A stretch of 64,000 bases of DNA from Mustelus asterias (taxonomy: Eukaryota), in the NCBI RefSeq assembly GCF_964213995.1, contig NC_135810.1, positions 88,040,001 through 88,104,000 of the forward strand, written 5' to 3'. Positions 36,549 through 50,412 of this stretch are shown here, one piece after another (position 1 is the stretch's first letter; the number at the start of each line of letters is the position of its first letter). Under the pieces are notes generated by a model. The model ran no database searches, was not told the DNA's origin, and saw only the letters and a list, made by a program, of their open reading frames with translations. The translations under genes were made by a program, and so were the position numbers.

Positions 36549-36949
36549 CATAGAATCATAGGATCTCTTCAGTACAGTGGTCGGTGCAGACTCGATGGGC
36601 CGAATGGCCTCCTTCTGCACAGTAGGGATTCTATGATTCTATGAGTACAGAAGGAGGCATCATCGAACCTGCACCGACCAAAATCCCACCCATGCCCTAT
36701 TCCCGTTTACCACATATTACCACATATTTACCCTGCTAATTCCCCTGACACTAGGGTCAATTTAGCATGGCCAATCACTGCACACTGCACATCTTTGAAC
36801 TGTGGGAGGAAACCAGAGCACCCAGAGGAAACCCAGGCAGACACGGGGAGAATGTGCAAACTCCACACAGACAGTGACCTGAGGCTAGAAATGAACCAGG
36901 GTCCCTGGCGCTGTGAGGCAGCAGTGCTAACCACTGTGCTATCATGCCG
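36549..36949 (-). mobile_element. V-SINE with an antisense SINE tail (36578-36643) inserted into its own tail
   Basis: TSD AGTACAG at 36571-36577 and 36644-36650. Confidence 0.85.
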
Positions 36950-38939
36950 CATTAGAAATCCTCCTCAGGTGACATTATGAATATTCTCCCTATTTGTGAA
37001 ATCACCAAAGTCATGAACAAGACATCTGCTCCCAGGCTACCACTTAACAACATGTCTTAAGATATAAACCAACATAATGCGGAACAACCAAGAGATATAG
37101 TGAGGTGAATAATGAGGTGGCAGGCACTTGATGCAATCTTTAAGATCAAGCACATAAGCCTGAGGACTATGATATTTCTGCGGCACTTTGTACTGTCAAA
37201 GTGGGCTGAGAACAATAAAAAGCAGAAAAAATACTTTGCCCATCCGTTAAAACATAAATATGCCCCAATGTACAGGGAGAATCAGGCTTGGAGAATGTGT
37301 ACATAATGCAACAGTAATAAGATAAATTATATCACAATGCATTACACTTAAATTAAACGACTTAATGTTCTCTCAGACAAAAAGATAAACTAAGTGCTGT
37401 GTAAATTTTGCAATCATGCAGGCTTTATTATATTGCAGCAATTATCTCAAAAAAAAACACCTAATTATAATTGAGGTCACAAAATAGCAAAGCAATGAAT
37501 ATTACAATTGCTGTATTTTCACAGTAAACACAATCTATAATGTATGTTCCATAAGTGCCATTGTTCAAACTAATTGATTTTGCCCACTATCAGACACACT
37601 TACTTCAACTGCAAAACTGGAAAACATTCTTTGGAGACAGGACTGAGAGGAAATATTTCTGGATAATTTATTCACGATTAGACTGGAATCCACTTAGGGG
37701 CAGAAAATCATATAATCAGCATAAATATTTAAGATTAAAATACACACAAAATGCTGCCACTTGCTGCTTTGAATAAGTTCTCTTGGGGGTTACTGTGCGG
37801 TTATCTCCCCGGTCTCGTCCACTCCACAGCCTTTGATCAGTTTTCATAAGACTGTGAGTGGGAGAGGATTCACTCAGTAGCTATCACTGCTCAAGTTACC
37901 AAAGCCAAGAACCAAGAAGCTGTGAGCAAGCAAAGAAAGCCACCTCAGCTGGGACAAGTAAGCCAGGACTTCCATATGTTCTCCCTGGTTGGTCACAAAT
38001 TAATCTTTCATCCCTGGAGACTTCAGAGCTACGCAGAATGGTAGACAGCCCTCCGTATTGTGAGTCTGTGTCTGCACAGATCCTCAGGCCACAAGTACTG
38101 TAGTCCCCTGCTTGCTTTGCCCAGTGAAGTTTGTGTACAGTTGTATGTAGCGCTAGTGTTGGTGATATGGTGTGTAGGTCACATTAACCTGGACCTTGAG
38201 CAGTGAAGTGTTTCACCATCACTGGGTGCGTGGAAAAGTACCACCCTACCTTTCTCATGGGCTGCAGAAGGAACCTGCTCTCCCCATTGCACAGAATGGG
38301 TCCAACTATTAGGATCATAAGATTGACTCTCACATTTATACAGATAGCCCTCGTAATGCTATTCAGAATTATTGGACAATAGAGTTCAATGCGGGTGAAT
38401 TTTGGAGGAGGTGATCCACTTATCCAACAGAACGCAGGTTTCTCTACAATTATACAATCAGGACAGCCTCGCAAAATATGCCTTGATCTTAGGAAAAGAC
38501 ATTCTTTACTGTTAAACAGTAATTTATTTCACTGTGGTATAACATGGCAAATGTTTGCTATGTGCACAAAGGTCAGAAATTAATTTTGTATTGTGACTAC
38601 AGACTGGCCTGATGTTACTCTGTACACCACTGAAGGTTGCTCTACACAGACACACCAACTAACTCGCTTGGTACCCACTTAAAACGATGCATAGCTGCAT
38701 TGCAAACAAGTTCAAGACTACTTGTGTGAATATTTAGCTTTGGTTTGCTTTTGTCACATTTAGCCGGTTCTTTTATATTCTTTTTTCACATGTTTGGGTT
38801 GTTTGAATTTCTTTCTTTACCATTGAAAGAAATCTATTAGTCAAAATAATCCACACTGCAGGAAGAGATATTCCTTTCAGAATTCCTTTTCCCCTCAGGG
38901 AGTTTGAGGATGAGGAGGAATTGGAAGGGAACAAGCACA

Positions 38940-39242
38940 GGGCGGCATGGTGGCACAATAGTTAGCACTGTTGCCTCACAGCGCCAGTGACCCGGGTTCA
39001 ATTCCGGCCTCCTGTGACTGTGTGGAGTTTGCACATTCTCCCCATGTCTGCATGTGTTTCCTCCCACACTCCAAAGATGTGCGGGTTAGGTTGATTGGCT
39101 GTGCTAAATTGCCCCATAGTGTCAATAGGATTAGGAGGGAAAATATGTGGGGTTATGGAGATAGGACAGGACCTGGGGTGGGATTGTTGTCGGTGCAGGT
39201 TCGATGGGCCAAATGGCCTTCTTCTGCACTGTAGGTTCTATG
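38940..39242 (+). mobile_element. V-SINE (HE1-like)
   Basis: SINE consensus with an internal deletion. Confidence 0.9.
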
Positions 39243-39624
39243 AAGCAGTGGAAAGGTTCTGTGCACCTGAAAGCTGGTTATACCAACATAAATACATGTG
39301 TAGAACCATAGATGTAGTTAAGCCACTTGGGCATGTGATTTTGCCTCTCTGCTTCACTAGGCACCCAAGCAGAACAGTAATCTTTGTGGAGTTAGAATTT
39401 GAAGAATCACGTGCGCCAAAGTGTCAGAAAGTTAGTACTCATCGTGCAGTAACAATTCCCAAATTGTGAAGCTCTAAGAAGTGTGGCATAGCTCTCAGTT
39501 TTATGCTGTATCTGGGAGGTAGACATTGCTGAGTAATGGGTGTGCAGCGGAGACCGATGACAACTGGAAATATGTACAAGACTCCAGTATGGGCGAGCAG
39601 TAAATGGGAGACAACAGCCTTGAG

Positions 39625-39730
39625 ATAAGGTAAATGCATAGGGTTAGGGCCTGGATGGGATTATGGTTGGTGCAGACTCGATGGGCTAAATGACCTCCTT
39701 CTGCACTGTAGGGTTTCTATGATTCTATGA
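39625..39730 (+). mobile_element. 5'-truncated V-SINE tail
   Basis: GGTGCAGACTCGATGGGC..TTCTATGATTCTATGA. Confidence 0.8.
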
Positions 39731-40806
39731 TTTACAACATACCCAAGGGGTCAACATGTTCCCATGGGGTAGAAATTGGTCCCTGAGACACCAATGTTCT
39801 AGACATAGAACAGACACTAAAATGAGTAACTTTGGGATGTCTTGTATCCCAGATTCACCTAAGAGCTGGGCTGGAACATTTTTCAGGCCTCCAAGGTGGC
39901 CACATGTACAATGCAGATGGTACTCAGAGGCGTGATGCTTGTGTATAGACCCAAGCAGTAATGGGGCTGGAGGTTTGGAGATATGGATGCAGCCTAACCA
40001 ACAGCCTCTGCCGAAACAAAGGGAAGTGAATACATTTTTTAATAAGATTAAAAGGAGATAGAATGAGCTAGGCTGAAGGAAAGATTATCAAATTTTAGCC
40101 AAGATAGTACAGAATATGTTTGATTAAATTCAATAAATACTTAAAGCAAAGAAATGCTGAAAGGGTGTTCAATCCAGTTGACATGTCACCAAACAATAGA
40201 AGCTTAGTCAAGGACTGCATCTTGCAGTAGCATTCAGTACATTAGATGACTTGCATGCCTGATGGAATAATCTCATTATTTCTCAGTTGGATAATTTTTT
40301 AAATCAGGTTATTCTATTTAAAAATTAAGCAGATTAAGGTTTAAATCATTTAGCAAGAGTGGAAAGGGAAATTTCTGTTGCAAGTCATTTCAGCAGTCAG
40401 CAATTTATTCTATGTTTCATTCAACTTGCCACTAAGAGGAACTCAGTGCACTTACAAAGTGGTAAGTCAATAATGAATTGATTTTTGTGCTAGCTAATGA
40501 TTGTGACTACAAACTATCATAGCTTTGCAAACATTAACTGATTATATTGTGGACGCTATAAGCATATTTCATGTAACTCTCTCCAAATCCTTCCTGATGG
40601 TAAATACAGTTGAGATCACGTTACATGGGTGCACACCCTACCCACTGGAGATACAAAATAGAAGTCAAAATTATTTGGTGCAAATCAGTTGCAATTTTAA
40701 ATTCTGACTACTGGGTTAATTTTTGGATTTCTGCTGTGCGATTCCACACACCATCCACTTTCCCTCCACCACCGCCAACCCCCCCCATCAACTTGGAAGA
40801 GATCAT

Positions 40807-41160
40807 CATAGAAATCATAGAAACCCTACAGTACAGAAAGAGGCCATTCGGCCCATCGAGTCTGCACCGACCACAATCCCACCCAGACCCTACCCCCTTA
40901 TCCCTACATATTTTACCCACTAATCCCTCTAACCTACACATCTCAGGACACAAAGGGGCAATTTAAACATGGCCAATCAACCTAACCCGCACATCTTTGG
41001 AATGTGGGAGGAAACCGGAGCACCCGGAGGAAACCCACGCAGACACAAGGAGAATGTGCAAACTCCACACAGACAGTGACCCAAGCCGGGAATCGAACCC
41101 AGGTCCCTGGAGCTGTGAAGCAGCCGTGCTAACCACTGTGCTACCGTGTGCTACCGTGCC
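40807..41160 (-). mobile_element. V-SINE (HE1-like), young subfamily
   Basis: Close to the reverse complement of 22820-23166. Confidence 0.95.
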
Positions 41161-41859
41161 TCCGATACCTCCTTTGAAGTTGAATGGCCCGTATTTTTCA
41201 AGCTTCTCTTGGTAATCTGGCACTCGGGCTGGGATTTTCCTAATTCTACATTAGTATCACATGTGGGCCCTGATCCCATGTGGCCGGACACTGCCATCAT
41301 GTGTGGCGATTGGTGGTAATTCTCCATTTAAGGGCAACACAGCAGAATAGGGTCACCTGGCTGTTCTTTTTATTTTAAACGTTCAAAACTCCTTTGCCTG
41401 AAGGAAGTTCATTTCAGTGATTTCTGGAGGTTTTTTTTCTTCTTCAGGCCATTTGGAGAGCCTGTTTTTATTTTCGTTGTATTTTTGAAGGTGCTTTTTT
41501 CTTTCAATTTTGCTGGAAGATCCAGCGTCTGTGTGTGGGGTCCAAGGGACCATTTTAAAAACTTTTAAACTTCTTTTTAAAACAGGTTGAGAACCTCTCT
41601 CCTTTTTGAAACTTCAGAACTTCACTGCTGGGAGCCCATCAGTGCAGGGACCGTTACCATGGAATCCCGCAGACTCTGCTCTGATCTGGGGCCTGTCAGC
41701 TTCAGTTTCTTCACTTACCCATGCCTTTGGGACAGCTCCTTGGGGCATTGTTCCCTAATACACTGCTCTCTGTGCATCCTCTCTCTTCACAATACTCTGC
41801 TGCAACTCGTTGTTTTCCCTTAAACTCAAAGTCGCAGCATTTGCTTCTGAGGGTTATTT

Positions 41860-43230
41860 TAGAAACATAGAAACTAGAAGCAGAAGTAGGCTTTTCGGCC
41901 CTTCAAGCCTGCTCCACCATTCATTTTGATTATGGCTGTTTATCAAATTCAATATCCTGATCACCCCACCCCCCATATCCCTTGATCTCTTTAGCCCCAA
42001 GAGCTATATCTAATTTCTTCTCGAAATCACACAACGTTTTGGCCTCAACTACATTCTGTGGTTGTGAATTCCACACATTCACCACCCTCTGGGTGAAGAA
42101 ATTTCTCCTTACCTGAGTTATGGAGTCATAGAGTCATAGAGGTTTACAGCATGGAAACAGGCCCTTCGGCCCAACTTGTCCATGCCACCCTTTTTTTTAA
42201 ACCCCGAAGCTAGTCCCAATTGCCCACATTTGGCCCATATCCCTCTATACCCATCATACCCATGTAACTGTCTAAATGCTTTTTAAAAGACAAAATTGTA
42301 CCCGCCTCTACTACCACCTCTGGCAGTTTGTTTCAGACACTCACCACCCTCTGTGTGAAAAAATTGCCCCACTTTTGTATCTCTCCCCTCTCACTTTAAA
42401 CCTATGCCCTCTAGTTTTAGGCTCCCCTAACTTTGGGAAAAAGATATTGACTATCTAGCTGATCTATGTCTCTCATTATTTTATAGACCTCTATATGATC
42501 ACCCCTTAGCCCTCTATGCTCCAGAGAAAAAAGTCCTAGTCTATCCAGCCTCTCTTATAACTCAAACCATCAAGTCCCGGTAGCATCCTAGTAAATCTCT
42601 TCTGCACTCTTTCTAGTTTAATAATATCCTGTCTATAATAGGGTCACCAGAACTGTACACAGTATTCCAAGTGTGGCATTACCAATGTCTTGAACAACTT
42701 CAACAAGACATCCCAACTCCTGTATTCAATGTTCTGACCAATGAAACCAAGCATGCTGAATGCCTTCTTCACCACTCTGTCCACCTGTGACTCCACTTTC
42801 AAGGAGCTATGAACATGTACCCCTAGATCTCTTTGTTCTGTAACTCTCCCCAATGCCCTACTATTAACTGAGTAAGTCCTGCCCTGGTTCAATCGACCAA
42901 AATGCATCACCTCGCATTTATCTAAATTGAACTCCATCTGCCATTCGTCAGCCCACTGGCCCAATTGATCAAGATCCCATTGCAATCCGAGATAACTTTC
43001 TTCACTGTCCACTATGCCTCCAATCTTGGTGTCATCTGCAAACTTACTAACCATGCCCCCTATATTCTCATCCAAATCATTAATATAAAAGTTCTAAAAG
43101 GTTTACCCCTTATCCTCAAACCCCTAGTTCTGGACTCCCCCACCATCGGGAGCATTCTTTCTGAATCTAACCTTTCTAATCCTGTTGGAATTTTATACGT
43201 TTCTATGAGATCCTCTCTCACTCTTCTAAA
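41860..43230 (-). mobile_element. Nested CR1 fragments: older copy (41860-42118, 43090-43230) interrupted by a younger copy (42120-43087)
   Basis: Two different antisense tails, (CATAGAAA) and (CATAGAGT)n; ORF 42644-43075 contains KFADDTK. Confidence 0.9.
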
Positions 43231-43249
43231 CTCTCTTATTTTATCAATA

Positions 43250-43684
43250 CATTTCTAAACCTTTAACTCTGCTGGCCAAGTTGGCTTATTCCACATCTGT
43301 CCCTCAGGTCTGGCAATATCTCAACTTGTCAAATGGGCCCACACTCCCAAAGAGAGGTATTCAGGTGAGCATTGTTTTCTCAGACTTTGATTAAAACAGG
43401 ATACTCACAGATGTCGGGCCAGAGCCAGTGTCATCATAATCCCATCCTCGTCGCCAGATGTAATGATGCACATTCAACAGAAACGTGAAAGATATTTATT
43501 AAGAAGAAAACCTACAGAGGCCAGCAGCCCACCCAGCTGCCCTAGTCCCTACATGTCTTCTTCATGTCTTCTACCTAAGAGAGGACTCCACCTCCTGGCT
43601 GATTACCCACTCTCAGTCCCAATTGGTCCCCCAAGCCAGGTGACCCTCTTCAGCTGTGCTGCCCTTAAAGGGGCAATCACCACA
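43250..43684 (-). mobile_element. Truncated Gypsy element: LTR 43459-43684, tRNA-Ser(GCT) PBS 43438-43456, decayed gag start
   Basis: TGTGGTGA...CATTACA termini, AATAAA, then TGGCGACGAGGATGGGATT, complementary to the 3' end of vertebrate tRNA-Ser(GCT); PLFGSVG-like gag remnant follows. Confidence 0.8.
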
Positions 43685-44276
43685 AAACACCACAACAATA
43701 TTCCTCTTAATTGGTTACCAACAGGCCCGCTGTCTAATGAATTGCCTAACTACACGTGAGTGTCATCAGGCAGTCTCAGTCTGACACAGGTTCAGCATTG
43801 TTGCAACATTAAGTAACCCACAGTAGGTCTTTGCTGTGTACTATATTTAGATACAATCCCCACAACTTATGCCATCACCAATTGTCCCAGACAGCCACCT
43901 ATATTGGACAAATGGTGCTGACCAATTTCCACACTTATGGCATCAATTACAATGGTGTTGTTTAAACCATATTAAGCGCAGTGACCCTTGCAGGAAGTTC
44001 AAGCAACTGTTCATACCTTTTTTTAAAGATTGTTTACGTGCCAGTTTGCTGCCACCAGCTCTGCTCCTCACCCCCAACCCTGTGACTGCTGCTTACAAAG
44101 GTGAGACTGACCAGCCCCATTCAGCTCTGATCAAACAATCCCTCAATTGATTACTTGTTCGTTACAGACAACTTTAACTCCATCATTCATTTGTAAGCCA
44201 TGGAGTAGCCAATTGAAAGTGATTACAAACTCCTATAAAGAATGGCTGGCCTGAACATTCATCTGATTCAACATGA

Positions 44277-45405
44277 CCACATGGTAGGTTGTTGCATAAG
44301 GTTAAATCTCACAGGATCCAAGGTGAGGTAGCCAAATGGATACAAAATTGGCTTGACAGAAGATAGAGGGTGGTGGTAGAGGGTTGTTTTTCAAACTGGA
44401 GGCCTGTGACCAGTGGTGTGCCTCAGGGATTGGTGCTGGGTCCACTGTTATTTGTCAATTATATTAATGATTTGGATGAAAACTTAGTAGGCATGGTTTG
44501 TAAGTTTGCAGATGACACCAAGATTGGTGGCATAGTGGACAGTGAAGAAAGTTATCTCGGATTGCAACGGGATCTTGATCAGTTGGGTCAGTGGGCTGAC
44601 GAATGGCAGATGGAGTTTAATTTAGATAAATGCGAGGTGATACGTTTTGGTCGATTGAAACAGGGCAGGACTTATTCAGTTAATGGTAGGGCATTGGGGA
44701 GAGTTATAGAACAAAGCGATCTAGGGGTACATGTTTATAGCTCCTTGAAAGTGGAGTCACAGGTGGACAGAGTGGTAAAGAAGACATTCGGCATGCTTGG
44801 TTTCATTGGTCAGAACATTGAATACAGGAGTTGGGATGTCTTGTTGAAGTTGTTCAAGACATTGGTAATGCCACACTTGGAATACTGTGTACAGTTCTGG
44901 TCATCCTATTATAGAAAGGATATTATTAAACTCGAATGGGTGCAGAAGAGATTTACTAGGATGCTACCGGGACTTGATAGTTTGAGTTATAAGGAGTGGT
45001 TGGATAGACTGGGACTTTTTTCCATAGAGCATAGGAGACTTAAGGGTAATTGTATAGAGGTCTATAAAATAATGAGGGGCATAGATCAGCTAGAGAGTCA
45101 ATATCTTTTCCCAAAGGTGGGTGGGTCTAAAACTAGAGGGCATAGGTTTAAGGTGACAGGGAAGATATATAAAACGGTCCAAAGGGACAATTCTTTCACA
45201 TAGAGGGTGGTGAGTGTCTGGAGCAAGCTGCCAGAGGCAGTACTAGAGGCAGGTATAATTTTGTCTTTTAAAAAGCATTTCAGTTACATGGATAAGATGG
45301 GTATAGAGGCTTATGGGACAAGCTTAGGGGTTAAAAAAGAGGTGGCATAGACAAGTTGGGCCGAAGACCCTGTTTCCATGCTGTAAACCTCTATGACTCT
45401 ATGAC
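44277..45405 (+). mobile_element. CR1 LINE fragment (277-aa ORF 44370-45203)
   Basis: RT motifs PQG and FADD; (CTCTATGA)n tail. Confidence 0.95.
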
Positions 45406-45669
45406 CTTACATCAAAAGGGCCACCGAGCTGCCCTTGAGAAAGTCTCAGTGAGCTGCCCTCTGATGTTAACCAATAATGTTCCTAATGAATTCAGGAGAT
45501 AATTTATCTGATTTTTAAAACACTGAATTTTACACCGCTTTATGTTCAATATTACCTAAGTAACCATAGATATGCTGTTTTCAGTGCTTTGTAATGAAGT
45601 GCGATTGTAAAACTTGCGCTCCAAGCTTTATTCAGGTTCTCATGTTCTCTTATACATGACTTATGACAT

Positions 45670-45777
45670 AGACATAAAATTCCACAGTACAGGAGGAGGC
45701 CATTCAGCCCATCATTGAACCCGGGTTTCTGGCACTGTGGGGCAGCAGTGCAAACTGCTGTGCCACCATGCTGCCCA
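45670..45777 (-). mobile_element. Internally deleted V-SINE (head fused to tail)
   Basis: Tail GGAGGCCATTCAGCCCATC is joined directly to the box B/box A antisense sequence. Confidence 0.7.
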
Positions 45778-45892
45778 TCATTTATCATTTCAGTTCTCTT
45801 ATTCACTATTTTTTCTGGCATTCTGCACAGATTTTAATACCTATATTTGCACTGGCCATCCCCAACAAGAGAGAAACTAACCATCTTCCCTC

Positions 45893-46605
45893 TTAGTGCT
45901 GTAGAGGATCAGAAGGACCTTGGGGGCCGGGTCCATAGGACTCTAAAATCGGCCCCGCAGGTGGAGGAGGTGGTTAAGAAGGCGTATGGTGTGCTGGCCT
46001 TTATCAATCGAGGGACTGAGTTTGGGAGTCGGGAGATAATGATGTAGCTATATAAGACCCTCGTCAGACCCCACTTGGAGTACTGTGCTCAATTCTGGTC
46101 GCCTCATTACAGGAAGGATGTGGAAATTATTGAAAGGGTGCAGAGAAGATTTACAAGGATGTTGCCTGGATTGGTTGCCATGCCTTATGAGGATAGGTTG
46201 AGGGAGCTTGGTCTTTTCTTCTTGGAGAGACGAAGGATGAGAGGTGACCTGATAGAGGTGTATAAGATGTTGAGAGGCATAGATTGGGTGGACTCTCAGA
46301 GGCTTTTTCCCAGGGTGGAAATGGCTGCTACGAGAGGACACAGGTTTAAGGTGCTGGGGCTAGGTACAGGGGAAATGTTAGGGGGAAGTTTTTCACACAG
46401 AGGGTGGTGGGCGAGTGGAATCGGCTACCGTCAGTGGTGGTGGAGGCAAACTCAATAGGGGCTTTTAAGAGACTCCTGGATGAGTACATGGGACTTAATA
46501 GGATGGAGGGTTATAGATAGGCCTAAAAGGTAGGGATAAGTTCGGCACAACTTGTGGGGCCGAAGGGCCTGTTTTGTGCTGTAGTTTTTCTATGTTTCTA
46601 TGTTT
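45893..46605 (+). mobile_element. CR1 3' fragment (different subfamily)
   Basis: EYCAQFWSPHYRKDV..RGDLIEVYK; (TTTCTATG)n tail. Confidence 0.92.
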
Positions 46606-46755
46606 CCCTTGACTTTCAATGATATTACCATTGTTGAATCCTCCACCATCAACATCTTAGTAGTTCCCATTGTTTAAAAATGCAACTGGACCAGCCATTT
46701 GTTACAGACACAGGAGAGGTGCATTTCCCACCAGCTATTGGCCTTTGCCAATATT

Positions 46756-47086
46756 CATAGAATCTCATGGAATCATAGAAGCCCTGCAGTGCAGAAGGAG
46801 GCCATTCGGCCCATTGAGTCTGCACAGACTCTCTGACAGAGCATCCCATCCTGGCCCTATCCCTGTAACCCCACGTATCTATCCCGCTAATCCCCCTAAC
46901 CTACAAATCTTGGGACACTAAGGGGCAATTTAATATGGCCGATCCACCTGACCTGCACATCTTTGGGTTGTGGGAGGAAACTGGAGCACCCAGAGGAAAC
47001 CCATGCAGACACGGGGAGAATGTACAAACTGTACACAGACAGTCACCCGAGGCCGCAATTGAACCCGGGTCCCTGGCGCTGTGAGG
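46756..47086 (-). mobile_element. V-SINE (HE1-like)
   Basis: SINE consensus. Confidence 0.9.
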
Positions 47087-47409
47087 TAGAGCTAGATAGA
47101 GTTTTGATTGACAAGGGGGTGAAAGGTGAAAAGTAAGCAGGAATGTGAGATTGAGGTTACAGTCAGATCAGCCACAATCTTATTGAATAATGGAGAAGTC
47201 TCAAGGGGCTCTAACCGTCAGGAACCAATAAAAAACAGGTTTTCTTGCACGGTTTCAAAGAAAGATCAATGTTTAATTTTCAACACCCAAATTTATACAC
47301 AACCACACACACTTAGATATTCATATAGAGACACATGCACACACTTTACAAAAAGTTGGGATTACAAAGGTAGCATGTGTTTAGGGTTTAAGAGTTTATT
47401 TCCCTGGGG

Positions 47410-47790
47410 TTATAGAGTCATAGAGTCATAGAGGCTTACAGCATGGATAAAAGCCCTTCGGCCCAATGTATACATTTCGCCCAGTTTTTACTACTAAACT
47501 AGTCCCAATTTCCTGCATTTGGCCCATGTCCTTCTATACCCATCTTACCCATGTAACTGTCTAAATGCTTTTTAAAAGACAAAATTGTACCCGCCTTTAC
47601 TACGGCCTCTGGCAGCCCGTTCCAGACACTCACCAACCTCTGTGTGAAAAAATTGCCCCTCTGGACCCTTTTGTATCTCTCCCCTCTCACCTTAAACCTA
47701 TGCCCTCTAGTTTTAGACTCCCTACCTTTGGGGAAAAGATGTTGACTATCTAGCTGATCTATGCCCCCCATTATTTTATAGACCTCTAAA
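47410..47790 (-). mobile_element. CR1 3' fragment (same subfamily as 42120, 44277 and 62872)
   Basis: ORF 47499-47771 TRGHRFKVRGERYKRVQRGNFFTQR. Confidence 0.9.
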
Positions 47791-48489
47791 AGAGTTTAAG
47801 CCTTGAAACAATGTGGGCCTGTAATCCTTCTTTTTGGTCCATCAAGAAAAGACCCTGGAGGTTTTTTGCAGGTTTAGGAAGATGGATTCACTGTTGTTTA
47901 TTGGTGGCAACAGCAGATTTCCCTTGTTCTACTCCAGTCGGGGTGAAAAATCAAAGCCCTGTAGTGAAATCCTGGTCAGAGTCCTCAGGGAGAGAAGTCA
48001 ATCAGAATCTTAGCCTACTGCTGTTTCTCAGGCAGTGTCTTGTTCTTTCATTAATCTAGATGCTCCAAGGATTTGCCTTTTCAAGTCTCCTGATCAGAAA
48101 ACCAGTTTCTGTCATGTGACAGAGCACCTCTCTCCATTGTCCTCACAAAAAGTTTCTGATGGTTAGACAGTTGTCAAACAATAAAATCCAGGTATTGCCC
48201 ATTGACATACCATTGTGATAAAATGGAACTTTTCACATCCATTCTCTGGATTGCAACTTTTGAGTCTAAAGAGTTTGCAAACAGACTGTGAAACCAGTTT
48301 TTTTTTAATGAATTAAAGAAGTCGAGGAATTAAACATTGGAATCATTTTAATGACTTTGTCAAGACTTGTCCAGACATGAAGATGAACTCAGGGATCTTG
48401 TATATTGACAGATCAGAAAATGGTCATCTGACCTCTCAACTCCATTTTATTTAAAGGAAAATTACCATTTCAAGATTATGTTTCATGAG

Positions 48490-49110
48490 CATGACAGTAT
48501 AACTGTTATGACTACAAGAGCAGGTCAGATATGATTGGGAATTCTGCAGCAAGTAACCTATCTGATAACTCACCGAAGCCTGTCCATCTCCAACACACAA
48601 GTCAATAGTGTAATGGAACACACTCCACTTGCCTAGATAAGTATAGCTCCAGCAACACTCAAGGAGGTTAACACCATCCAGGATGAAGCAGTCCATATGA
48701 TTGGCACCTCATCCACCATTTTATGCATTCTCTCCCTCCACTACTGGTGGACAGTGGCAGAAATGTGTACGATACACAAGATACGCTGCAACAACTCACT
48801 GAGCCTCCTTTGACAGCACCTTCCAAATCTTCAACCTCTACATAGAAGGACAAAGGCAACAAATACAGGGGAACACCACCACCTGCAAGTTCACCTCCAA
48901 GCCACACATCCATCCTGACTTGGAGCTATGTCACCATTCCTTCACAGCCACTTGGTCAATAAACCTGGAACTTCCTTCCAGACAGCACTGTTAGTGTACC
49001 TACACCCGATGGAATTTAGTGCATCAAGAAGGCCACACACTGCCATCTTCTCAAGGGCAATGAGGGATGGGCAACAAATGCTGGCCTAGCCAGTGACACT
49101 CAAATCCCAG
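48490..49110 (+). mobile_element. 3' fragment of the second LINE family
   Basis: Homologous to 17470-18125. Confidence 0.8.
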
Positions 49111-49604
49111 AACAATTTTTTTTAAATTTAAATGTAAAAAACTGAGTTGTATATATTCTTTGATTTAATTAAACTTCATTGACTTAGCGAGTTGACCAGC
49201 TGTGTAAACAAATACTGTTGAGTTATTTTCCCAGTAACTAGGTTTTCCATTTTAAGGAGCCTGCCCACTATACTGTTAAGTCTGAAAATTATTATTTTCA
49301 CAACTTGGTATCTGATAACTGATTTGAAATTGAACCATGCATGCTAGAGTTTATATAATATGTATTCACACTGATGTTTAGCTTTTATATATTTTCACAT
49401 GAATGCATAATTAAGAGACCATACTCCCTGCACAAATTGCTAGTTATTACACAATCAAAAATATCTCTCAAATTCGAATGCTTGCAGAAAGTATTTCTAC
49501 ACTTTTCATATTAGACATAGCTAAGAAATGAAGGACTAACCTGGTGAAGCTACAATACAGGACTTTATGCCTGTTAGCCTGCAGAAGCAGCATGCTACGA
49601 CTGA

Positions 49605-49880
49605 GGGGAGGTGGTGGCATAGTGGGGTATTGTCACTGGACTAGAATCCAGGGGACCGGGGTTTGAATCCCCCCATGGAAGATGGTGAAATCTGGTGACC
49701 ATAAAACCATTGTCGATTGGTTCACTAATGTGAAGGGAAGGAAATCTTACTCAGACTGGCCTATATGTGACTCCAGAGCCACAGCAATGTGTCTGACTCT
49801 CAAATGCCCTTTGAACTGGAGGCCAATTAGGGATGGGCAATAAATGCTGGGCCCAGCCAGTGATGTCCACATCCTACAAA
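49605..49880 (+). mobile_element. SINE family 2
   Basis: Homologous to 34566 and 51522. Confidence 0.85.
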
Positions 49881-50412
49881 ATGATTTTAAAAATAGCCCT
49901 GCCATATTCAATCATGAATGATAGTGGATAAATGATGGTGGACAATAAAATAACCAACCAGAGGAGAAACCTTCAAAAACATCCCCATCCTCAAAGCTGG
50001 TGGAAGCCAACGCATCACTGTAGAAGACAAGGTTGAAGAGTCTGCAAACATCTTCAGACAGAAATGCCAAGGAGAGATTCCATTTCTGACTCCTCCTGTG
50101 GTTTCCCAACATTGCAGAAGCCAGCCTTCAGACAATTTGATGCACTCCTTGTGATAACAAGAAACGACTGAAGCCACTGAATACAGCAAATTATAGGCAG
50201 AGGTGGACTTGCAATGAAACACACCGTGTAGGCAAGGGCCCTGACCAATGAGGGGGGTGGGGGTGCTGGCCGATGTCTGTGATAATTAATTCCATTTTAC
50301 TGAGTGGCAACATTTAGGATCGAGGCATTGCAGAGATAACTGGCCTGCGTGACTGGAGCCTTTTTCTGTCAGCGAGCGCCTGTGTAGAGTCAGAGAGTGG
50401 CATCAGCTTCTT

